From: Balamuthia mandrillaris
Lineage: Eukaryota
NCBI GenBank assembly: GCA_031835245.2
Contig: JAVKOQ020000065.1
Span: forward strand, 186,001 to 221,006
Reading direction: 5' to 3'
DNA: 35,006 nt
The position numbers and the translations under genes were made by a program. Each line of letters begins with the position of its first letter. Position 1 is the stretch's first letter. The notes under the pieces were generated by a model. It had not been told where the DNA came from and ran no database searches. It saw only the letters and a list, made by a program, of their open reading frames with translations. This document shows, in pieces, positions 1-9,900 of the stretch.

Positions 1-585
1 CAGCTATGCGAAGATACTTTCCTTCGATCAATTTATTCCTCTTCATCTTCCCCCAACCTTCACCTCCGCGGTTTGTACCTGTGCACAGCTTATGTACTTT
101 ACCGTCATCTCGCTGCCAACTTTTGGAATGCAGAGTTAGAGGTGTGTTCTCTTTTGTCCTTTTTAAAGCTTGTCTTTCTCTTCTCTCTCCTTTCTTATGG
201 TCACTTATTCTTTCTTGCGCTTCTTTTCTTTCAGGAACCAGCTATCTATTATGCCCGAAAGATTCAAACACTGAACGAAGATGCAGAGTCGGATCGTTAT
301 TCGTCCTTCAAGAAGGATGCCACCAACGTGGCCAACTCTGTTCTTTCTTATTTCGAGGAGCAGCGGCTACTGAGAACAGCGGCTGCTTCCCGCTCGAGGT
401 CTTCTTCTGAAGGCGATCTTCAATGCTTGAGCTCAGGAAGCTCAGGCGAGGAACCAGAAACCACTGGTACACCGATGTCTTCCATACGAGACCAACGTTC
501 TCGCTCTGACCCGTCGTCAGAGGTTCGAGGTCATCGCCGCAGTCTGGACGTGCTTCTCCAGCGGCCCAATTCTTTCTCTCACTAA
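1..585 (+). CDS. 3' end of an unknown multi-exon gene (5' part outside window); exons <1-141 and 235-585
   Basis: Frame 1 is open from base 1 (QLCEDTFLRS...FWNAELE). A GT..AG intron at 142-234 has a pyrimidine tract and the frame resumes as EPAIYYARKIQ..., ending in a Ser/Arg-rich tail with TAA at 583-585. No domain recognised. Confidence 0.65.
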   Translation, partial: QLCEDTFLRSIYSSSSSPNLHLRGLYLCTAYVLYRHLAANFWNAELEVCSLLSFLKLVFLFSLLSYGHLFFLALLFFQEPAIYYARKIQTLNEDAESDRYSSFKKDATNVANSVLSYFEEQRLLRTAAASRSRSSSEGDLQCLSSGSSGEEPETTGTPMSSIRDQRSRSDPSSEVRGHRRSLDVLLQRPNSFSH

Positions 586-889
586 ATTCAATAAAGTTCG
601 ACTTCACACGTGAAAAGGTGCTCGTTTTCGTTTGAAAAAAAGGGGGGAGAGATACGAAGCTCAAATCCATCCAAATTTTTTCATTTCGTGTCGTCCTTGT
701 TTTGTGGATTTTGTCGACAGACAAGAGCGAATCTATCTCATGTCTTTTGGGAAACGAGAAATCTCTCTCCCCAACCAAAAAAAATTCTCAAATGCCGAAA
801 AAAACATTTTTTTTTGGGGGGGTTCGGGTCAACGAGAGCACGAGCTGAGCCTTGTGTGAGGGAGAGTGGTGAAGGAGGAGCCTTGTTTG

Positions 890-1590
890 ATGATGTCTGG
901 TGTGTCTGACCTTACCAAGAAATTCTCCGCTGGAGAACCTGCGGCAGACAATGGCACCGCCTCTCCTGTCGGTGCTGCCAAGACCGGAAAAGGGTAACGT
1001 TAACGTTGATGATAGCCGTCTGGCTTTGCTTTTCCCTTCTTCCATACTTCTATTTTGTTTGTATGTGTGGTGGTGCTGTTTTTTTTGTTTTTTGTTGCTT
1101 GCTTCTTATCGTTTCTGGTGGACCCAAAAAATAAAAATACCAAGGTCGATCATTTCGGTCAAGACGGAAAGGTGCATAGTCTGCGATAAAGCGGTTTATT
1201 TCAGCGACAAGCTGCAAGCTGATGGCAAAGTGTTCCACAAGGCATGTTTCCGCTGCACCGAATGCAAGAACGTTCTCAAGCTTGGTAGCTACGCTTCTCT
1301 AGAAGGTAACAAAAAAACCTCTCCATGAAACCTTTCTTTCGTTTTACGTTTTTGTTGTTGTTGAAAAGAAACTTAACGTTATTACCATCGCATTATCTTC
1401 ATGTTTTTTTTTCCTTTGCTTTGCTTTGCTTTGCTTTGCTTTGCTTTGCTTTGCTTTGCTTTGCTTTGCTTTGCTTTGCTTTGCTTTGCTTTGCTTTGCT
1501 TTGCTTTGCTTTCAGGCAAATACTATTGCAAACCTCACTTCAAACAGTTGTTCGCTTTGAAGGGTACACTACCGCTCTCTTTGGCATTTG

Positions 1591-1646
<56 letters not shown>

Positions 1647-2454
1647 ACCAATGTTACCCTGCGAATGCTTCTTCCCTGGCGTGTTTCTTTTTTGTTTTAA
1701 CTGATTATTATTGTTTTATTTTGCTTTCTTAACAGGAAACTACGCCGAAGGGTTTGGAGAAAAGAAGCCAGACCAGCTGTGGAGGGAGGCCAAAGAGGGC
1801 TCCCAAATCAACGCCGAAACATCGTCAACAACAGTACCAAAGAGCCCTGATACTCAGAGAAAAGAAGAAAAGAAAGAAAAAGAGGAGACGAACGGGACCG
1901 CTCAACAAGAAGATGAACAAAAGAGAAAGCAAGAGGAACAAAGGAAGAGAGAAGAAGAAAGAATAGCAAGAGAAAAGAAAGAGGCAGAAGATCAACAGAA
2001 GCTGTTGGAACAGAGAAAACGACAAGAAGAAAAACTTTTGGCGGAGAAGAGAGCGAGAGAAGAGAAAGAAAGCAGAGATAAAGAGGTGAAGCAACGGCAG
2101 GACGAGGAAAGAATCAAACACCAACAAGAGGAGCAGCAACGAAAGGAAGAGGAGGAAAGGCAGAAAAAAGAGTTGCAACGTCAAAGGCTGCTCGAGGCCA
2201 AGAAGAGGCTTACCGAGAAAGAACAATTGGAGAGGCAACAACAGCAGCAGCAGCAACAAGAAGAGGAAGAAAGAAGGAGAAAGGCAGAGCTGCAGCGAAG
2301 CGCTGCCGTCGTGGAACCTGCCTCTGCCGTCCCCTCCGCGGGCTACGATTCTACAAGCGAGAAGGCTCCTTTGTTGAGGGCGACAAGCTCTCGGCGACCG
2401 GTCCACACCGCAGACCCTCAAGACGGGTGCTGTTCGTCTTGCACCTTGTTTTAG
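890..2454 (+). CDS. LIM-domain protein with long E/K/R/Q coiled-coil and C-terminal CC..CaaX; exons 890-993, 1145-1305, 1516-1563, 1736-2454
   Basis: Phase-compatible GT-AG introns rebuild a complete LIM domain: CIVCDKAVY...FHKACFRCTECKNVLKLGSYASLE|GKYYCKPHFKQLFALK|GNYAEGFG (LIMD2/EPLIN-like flank). A charged helical region follows and the protein ends in DGCCSSCTLF*. Confidence 0.88.
1415..1511. repeat. (TTGCT)n pentanucleotide microsatellite in LIM gene intron
   Basis: Direct reading; runs up to the 3' splice site at 1515. Confidence 0.95.
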
Positions 2455-2487
2455 TCGTCTCGACAAAGCAACGTCGTTGGTGAATGC

Positions 2488-2580
2488 TTCCCTGCTTTTT
2501 GTCGACATCACGCAAACAAAAAAAAACTAAAGTGCTTTCATCTGGATTCGTTCCCTGATTTTTGTCGACATCACGCAAAC
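2488..2580 (+). repeat. 30-bp direct repeat (2488-2517, 2551-2580) containing TTTTGTCGACA, in the short intergenic region
   Basis: ttccctg(c/a)tttttgtcgacatcacgcaaac occurs twice with one mismatch. Confidence 0.85.
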
Positions 2581-2692
2581 GAAAAAAAGAAAAAAGAATA
2601 AAGAGAAAAGAGAAAAGAAAAAAAGAGAAAAGAAAAAAAGAAAAAGAAGAGAAGAGAAAAAAAAGAGTGACAGGAGAGACCGAAAAAAAAGG

Positions 2693-5302
2693 ATGTCGTT
2701 ACCTTGTGTTAGCTCCTACGTCAGGTACAAGCAAAACAACAGCCGTGTGGCCCGTTGGTTGTGGACAGCCTACGAGGACTGTCGTGCACTCTTGTCCTCC
2801 CGAGCCCCTTCCCGTGGCGGCGGCAAAGGGCGAAAGAAAGCTGCACCTCCTCCCCGTTCTTCTTCTTCTGGAGGAGGAAGGGGAGGAGCAGCTGAGAAGG
2901 AGAGCTTTTCGCCTCTGTCCTCAACGAAGCTCTCGCCGGATGACCTCCGTCGCATCCTGCCACTGCTGAAGAAGGCCATAGCCAACGGGGTGCTGGAGGT
3001 GCCAAGCAAACTGTTCTCGCTGCTGCGTAGCACCATCCAAGCGCGGCTGCACCACCACGAGATCTACGTGGCCTACGCCTCAGCGTTGCGAGGAAAGGAG
3101 AGGGAGAATGTGGAAAAGCAGAACCGCTGCCACAAGTTCTATGTGGAAGCGCTGCAGGAGGCCTTTGAGGAATTGGGAGGAAAGGAGTGGCTGGATGGTG
3201 GTTGCATAGACACACGGAAAACCAAGAAGGGTGCCCCTAAGCAGCAGCAACAGCAGAAGGACGCCAATGCACCTGCCACCGCTCATTTGCGCAATTATTA
3301 CGAGCTGCTGGTGGACGGCACTGAACAGCAGGAAGAAGAGGAGAAGAAGGAGAAGGTGGAGCACGAAAAGAGTGAGGGCAATCAGTGGCTGGAGGGCATG
3401 CTCCTTCCCAACAATAATAAACCAAGGAGGCAAAACAACAAACAGAACAGGAAGAAGCAACAACAGCGCAAGTCCCGCCGTGGAGACAACATTCCGTTGG
3501 AAGAGTTCGAGATCGCCAGCGATGTGGAAAGCTTCTTCGCGGCTGTTTGTTTGCTCAACGATGTCAGCGCTCTCCATCACTGGGTGAAGGGAGTGTGGAA
3601 GGACTACACCGCAGGAACCCTCTCCCTGACTGCCGCGACTCAGCTGACCAATGCGGCAGTACAGCAGGTGGCTCAAATGGAGAACGAGTTCTACGTCATG
3701 TTCTCCACTCCCGCCAGGCCTCTGTCCTGCTTCTACGACATTCTGGATGCGCTTGGCAACCTGATAAACGTGGTGGGTTTAGACGAGCGGAGCCTTGACC
3801 GCTTGAGCGAATGGCTCTACCTTGTGCCATTCGTCGCTCTAACTGTATTCTTGCAAAACTTTCAAGTGGACTTCTGTTTGCCTAGCTTCGGGGCTGAACG
3901 GAAGGACTTTTTGCCCGTGAGACCCCCAACAGAGGAGATCGTCCTGCAGCTGGGTTACTGGGCCTCTGCTGCTTACCTCACCAACCACCAATTCTATTGG
4001 GAAAAGCCCATGGTGGGACTCATGAGACAAGTGCGAGGACCCGAGGACATCACTTTGCGCGTTCTCTTTGCTGAACAAGCCTACCTTGACTGTCTAGAGG
4101 CGTGCCAACAGTCTCCGAGCAACTTCCAACGAGCCTATCAGGAGATGCAGGTTGGAATAGAGGAAGTCTTCTCTGACGTGGAGTGGTACGTCAATCATGA
4201 CTTTCAGTACTCGGCAAAATACAAGGACAACCGAGACTGGGCAAAGCTTGCCCTCAACCGTTGGAAATGTATCATCGAGGACCCAATCCACATGTTCTGC
4301 GAGAAAAGGCCAGACGTCTGCTCTGCGTTCAACTACCGACGAGGCGACATCTTCTTGCACAACCCTTGGATCGCTGGCTGTTGTCTTCTCCACCAACAGA
4401 GCGAGTTCTACTTTTTTACGGTGAACGTGATCAGAGGGACAGGACTTGTCATGGCCATGCTCCACCTGTATCATGCCTTAGTGGTTACCAAGCTGATGCC
4501 GGCTATCCCTGCCCTCGAGCAAGTCATGCAGATCTTTGGGGCGCGCTTCTTCCGAGGCCTTACCCCACCGACGGACCCTTACGATTGTTATAGGACGTAT
4601 TGTTACGCCCTCGGTTTGAAGTTGGAGAGTCTCGTCACGCCAAAAGGTGGCCAAGACCGTCTCTTCCGTTACCACACCCATCGCGTGACCCTTTTTGAGG
4701 AAGACAGCCTGGTCTACTTTTTGACTGAAAAGTCCAAGCTCGACAAGAAGGCTTTTGAACTGCTTACTACTGTTACCGCTGCCAACAACACCAACCTCCT
4801 TTCTTCATCTGCGGATACCACGAAGGAGAAAAGAAAGGCGGAAGGAGAAGGAGAAGGAGAAGAAGAAGAAGAAGGCAAACAAGAAGACAAAAGGTCAACT
4901 GCGGAGAGCGGAGAACGAGGCGTTGTCGGCGAACAAACAGACTCAGATTTCGGCGTAACTGTTTCAACTCTGCAACAACTGAAAGCATACTTACAATCGC
5001 AGAAAGATCCAATGCACTTCAACATGTTGGCCATCCACAAGTTTAGCATTGAGATACTGAAAAAGCTGCACACAACCATCGAAAAGGAGCTGACCGAGAT
5101 TCGTGGAGCGGACGCTGTGCTCCACAACGAACATGACCTGCCCTACGTGGTAAGAGACATGTTCAAGGTGGCGAGGATGATCCCATTCTCCCCGACGAGC
5201 GAATCGGGTCGCATGTGGGCCAAAGCTGCTGCCTCTTTTCAAGAGGTAGTTTCCACCTGGGACCTCCAGCGCCGCTTTTTCCTCCCTAAAAACGGCTTGT
5301 AA
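2693..5302 (+). CDS. DUF6604-like protein, 869 aa, intronless
   Basis: Long ORF with ATG after an A-rich leader. The N-terminal pattern Y-x-RYKQ..SRVARWL ... VP..LF.LL..TI.AR ... N..H..YVEAL..AF..LGG matches my recollection of the mainly fungal DUF6604 family. Confidence 0.7.
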   Translation: MSLPCVSSYVRYKQNNSRVARWLWTAYEDCRALLSSRAPSRGGGKGRKKAAPPPRSSSSGGGRGGAAEKESFSPLSSTKLSPDDLRRILPLLKKAIANGVLEVPSKLFSLLRSTIQARLHHHEIYVAYASALRGKERENVEKQNRCHKFYVEALQEAFEELGGKEWLDGGCIDTRKTKKGAPKQQQQQKDANAPATAHLRNYYELLVDGTEQQEEEEKKEKVEHEKSEGNQWLEGMLLPNNNKPRRQNNKQNRKKQQQRKSRRGDNIPLEEFEIASDVESFFAAVCLLNDVSALHHWVKGVWKDYTAGTLSLTAATQLTNAAVQQVAQMENEFYVMFSTPARPLSCFYDILDALGNLINVVGLDERSLDRLSEWLYLVPFVALTVFLQNFQVDFCLPSFGAERKDFLPVRPPTEEIVLQLGYWASAAYLTNHQFYWEKPMVGLMRQVRGPEDITLRVLFAEQAYLDCLEACQQSPSNFQRAYQEMQVGIEEVFSDVEWYVNHDFQYSAKYKDNRDWAKLALNRWKCIIEDPIHMFCEKRPDVCSAFNYRRGDIFLHNPWIAGCCLLHQQSEFYFFTVNVIRGTGLVMAMLHLYHALVVTKLMPAIPALEQVMQIFGARFFRGLTPPTDPYDCYRTYCYALGLKLESLVTPKGGQDRLFRYHTHRVTLFEEDSLVYFLTEKSKLDKKAFELLTTVTAANNTNLLSSSADTTKEKRKAEGEGEGEEEEEGKQEDKRSTAESGERGVVGEQTDSDFGVTVSTLQQLKAYLQSQKDPMHFNMLAIHKFSIEILKKLHTTIEKELTEIRGADAVLHNEHDLPYVVRDMFKVARMIPFSPTSESGRMWAKAAASFQEVVSTWDLQRRFFLPKNGL

Positions 5303-5854
5303 TGATGGTACCACCCATCTTCACCACTTCCGAAAGACAAAGCAGCTATAGATAACTGGAGAGAGAGCGAGATTGTGATTATGACTGATTGCTTGATCGT
5401 TGTTGACGCTAAACACTTGAAGCCTCGGAAGAAAGCAAATAAGAAAAAAAAAAAGAAGAATGGCCAATAAAACGGAGAAAAGACACGAGACATACAAACA
5501 AACCATTCGAGAGAAGATTCGCCACAGCCAAAACCTCGCCAGCTCCGATTGGCTCAGGTGAGTTCCATTAAGGCGCGTTTGGTAGGGCTAAGTTCAAACT
5601 TCCGAGGGAGGTGCTAAAAAAAAAAAAAACGAAGAGAGCCTCCCTCGTTCAATTGTTTCCTTTTATCAGGTGTATTGGACGCCCTAATCTTTGGTGGCAA
5701 GCGGCGGAAGCTGCCCGCTGTGTCCAACCCCAACGCGCGGGGAAAAAGGGGTCCCCCCGCTGGACGTCATTTGAGCGCCGGCGAGTAGCCTTTGAATTTT
5801 CATTTCATTTAGATTGGCTGCATTTGGGGTTGGGCGGGAGAGAAGGAGCAAAGG

Positions 5855-5914
<60 letters not shown>

Positions 5915-6237
5915 TGACAACTACGCGATACTTCTTCCCGCGCCACACCACTGGGCCACCGCAAGTGACGCTTTCTTACCCGTCGAGAGAGAGAGAAGAG
6001 GAGTTTGTAGTTCGTAGTTTTTTTTTTTTTTAAAAAAGGAGCGAGTTTACTACTTGGTTGGGTAAGTCAGTTCATCCTCCTCCTCTTCCGTTCTTGCTCC
6101 TGTTTGCAAACTGCTTTATTGTTATTGTTCGTATTATTTTGTTATGGGGGTACTGATGATGGAATCTCTCTACTTTTTTTTTAAACAAACGAAAACACAA
6201 AGGAAAGGGGAGTTTGTTTTATTGAAAAACAAAAAGC

Positions 6238-6954
6238 ATGATCAACCACATCTTCAGGTTGAGCTTCTTGCTTGCGCTGCTTGGCATGGGCGCAGCAAGA
6301 AAGGGAAGCGGGGGCAAACGGTGCAACACCGCCTCCATCTCTTTGGTCCTGGTGTTCATCTCCGCGTGCGAGGTGGTGCTCTGGAGCGTGCCTTTGGCGG
6401 GGGCTTACCCTGACAGTGCCTTGGAGAGGACTTGCCTGCAGGACTACTTTCAGCAGCAGAAGGACAACTTCAAAGAAGTGTTGGCGTCCACCCACTCCCT
6501 CCACGGTGCTGACGCGTGCCGCTGGGACGGTGAGGGTGGATCCTCCCATGGGGCCACTTCGATGAACGCTCTCTGCTCCTCCTCTCACTCAGCCATGTTG
6601 GCCGATGTGATGAGAGGGGAGAGCGAGCTGATGGACAGGGAGGGCAACCGCCTGCGTTTGGAACAGATCACGCTGGCCAATCGCAACCCGCTGTTGGAGA
6701 AGCACTACCGTCCGTTGGCCGCCACCAAGAAAGTCCTGCAGATGGCCCCCGCAGAGCTGGTCTATCATGGTGGTTGCCCTTCTGGAGAGCTGGGAAAGGA
6801 ACAAAGGTCTACCTCTGTGGCCGACTTGCAACGTTTGCCCCTTGCTTCCCTTGCTTCCCTTCGCTCCCTTCCCCTTATGGCTCCTCCTACACTTCTCAAG
6901 GGTGATGGCCAGGTAAGGCTCCCAAGTTCGTGTTGTTATCCTTATTTCTTTTTT

Positions 6955-6998
<44 letters not shown>

Positions 6999-9900
6999 AC
7001 CAAGTCTTCACTGCTGGGTGCCACACCTTCATTCCTCCTCTCGACCGTTGGAATACTATTACTAGCATGTGCTGCACTTCTCAGAAGCAAAAGCTCAACC
7101 ACTTTTGTTTTCAAACCTAAATCTTCAACATCCACAAGCTTTGGAACGTTGTTCACCATATTCATGGCTACAAGTTGCATCTTCTGTGTGGCCCCTCCCT
7201 CTGCGGAGGCGGCCTTAACCCTCAACGACTTCATCCTCATGAAGGAATGTGGTCTGCGTTGCTGGTTGGGCGGTCTCAACTTCACCATTCCGGATCAGAC
7301 GCTGGAAAAGGCGGGAATTACCCTCCACATCACCGGCATGAGTTGCGCCAAAATAGAACTCGGCGCGTTAGGCTCTCAGTTCACCCCACCGGCCACTCTC
7401 CGCTTGGATGGCTCTGGTATCGGCATATCCTGCGTAGCCAAATGGAGTGCCAAAGTAATAGGCATCGACAACACGGGCACTGTTTCCGTGACCATCGGAG
7501 ACAGCAAGGTGGGCGGTAGCATCTCCTTCACCAAAGACTCAGACGGCTTGGCTGGCTCCGCCTCCTTGTCCGGCTGTACCACCAATCTCAACATTAAGGA
7601 CATCCATTTCTCTGGAGGATTGGCTGCCAAGCTTTTAGAGTTATTCCATGACCTCATTGCCAGGGTGGTATCCAGCCAGCTCAACCAGGTGATTTGCACC
7701 GAGATTGGCAGTCTGGTCTCCACCAACCTTACCGCCGTCCTTCAGAGCCTTGATGCTCAGATCCGACCTTACCTTAAACCAGTTCCGCCTTCACCTCCTC
7801 CACCCGTCCCGGCCGACTCTTTGGTGCTCACCGGAGACTCTGTCATAGAGCTCATTGACTACATCGCCAACGACGTGATTGGAGCCAACGGTGCGTTTGG
7901 TCTGAACAAGCTCGTCAACGCTTACACCAACAACACAGGATACATCAACATTACCGACATACCCGCACCATTGTCCTCCATAACCATCCCTCTGGTCTTT
8001 GGCACCAACATCACGGTGGGATTGACCAACGTGGCGGTGGCCGGCTTGAACAGCTGGTCCCAATTCGAAGCTCTCGTTCCCACTGACAAGTACTCCTTGT
8101 TCAGCCACTCCCTCCTGGAGCATCTCAACATGACCTTCGTGTTCTTTGTGAACGTGACAACAGCAGCGGATGGCAAAGGACCCATCCATGGAGACTACAC
8201 CCTATTCGAGTCTGGAATATTGGTTCTGGACATGGAGCACAACGAGCTCAATGGAACGGCACAGTTAGCTCTCAGTGAAAAGGCACTGAAAGGTCTGTTT
8301 CCGCAACAAATCCTGAACAATCTCGAGGAATGCGTTCTTGCCTCCCTGTACGATGTGAACGTCACCCAACTGCAGTTTGGAATGAGCATTCACCAGCTGA
8401 AGCTGATTGCCGGGGGCGGAGATATAGAGAAAGATCTTGACGCTGCCATCGACAACGCTCTTCTCTTGTTCACCACAGCCTTTGGTCCCGCCATCCCTGC
8501 TTTCTTCAGTGGAGTGGTGGCCTTGGCCGGGCGCAACGAAGCCAACCGCCTCGCAGCCGAGTTATTGGCTGCCAATCACACCTGTCCACCACCACCAGTC
8601 GTCCCTCCTCCACCCCAAGTTCCTGCTGGCTCTCTCGTGCTCGCTGATGATCCTGTCATAGCCTTGGTGGACTACATCCTCAACAAAGTGATTGGTCTGA
8701 ATGGACCCTTTGGCTTGAACAGCCTTGTGGACGTACTTAGCCAAGGCACCGGTGTTTTCGATATAAATAACTTGCCAGCACCTCTCTCCGGCATGACGTT
8801 CCCCATTCCTGGGCTGGGTTCCTCCAACGTGACCGTTGGACTGACGGACATCTCCGTGGGCGGACTGGATACGTGGACCAAGCTGGAGGCGGTTGTACCT
8901 TACGGCAACTACTCTCTGGCCTCCCAACTGTTGTTAGAGAACCTGACCATAGAGTTGGGCTTCTTCCTGAACGTCTCTCTCCAGTTCAACAACAGCGTCA
9001 AGGCATCATCGCTAGACGAGACGGGACGATTGGTCCTTTCCCTGAATCACACCCAGTTGGATAACAGCATTCAGCTTGGCCTCAGTGAATCGTTCCTGAA
9101 GAGTCTTCAGCCCCAACAGTTGCTCGACCATCCAGAGGATTGCATCATGGCCTCAGTAAGCAACGTGAACATCACTTCCTTGCATCTCGGAACCTCCGCA
9201 ATCAACATGCAAGTCAAGCGCAACAACAAAAACAACAACCAACTTGGACAGCTTGTTGACGCTCTGCCCTACTTCAACACTACGTTTAACTCCATGTATT
9301 CCTCTTTTGTGATGGAAACGTTGTCATGGCTTGGTCGACAACAGCTCAACCAGGTAGTAGCGGGCTTCATGGCGGACAACTTTACGTGTCCTTCCCCGTT
9401 GCCTCCTCCTCCGCCTCCTCCTGTTCCCTCCGGATCATTACCCTTGCCGAACAATACCGTGGTCAACCTGCTCGACACTGTTGTCAACGAAATGATCGGA
9501 GCAAATGGTCCTCTGGGCCTCAACAAGGTGATTGATGCCATCACCAGCGGTAGTGGTGGTTTGGATATTGGGAAGCTGCTTTCCGGTCATTTGCCTCAAA
9601 TCACCATTCCTTTACCTGGCGTAGCTTTCACAGATCTGACAGTCGGTCTGACGGGGGCCTCTGTGGGGGGTCTTGACACCTGGTCTCAACTGGAAGCCCT
9701 TGTGCCGACCAGCAACTACACCCTCTCCACCAACGTCTCGTTGGATCATCTCTCTTTAAGTGTCGACTTCTTCGTCAACGTCTCTACTGCCAAACATCCT
9801 CTGGCTTCTTCTACATTGTCGGAACAAGGCAGCATAGTGCTGGCTTTGGACCACAATCAGCTGAACAATACCTTACAACTGGCCCTTAATGCTGCTCATC

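Noticed and set aside
5520..5830. CCAAT-box/CRE-like motifs upstream of the giant gene
   Set aside because: Short motifs (ATTGG x3, GACGTCA) are plausible promoter elements but cannot be distinguished from chance without TSS data.
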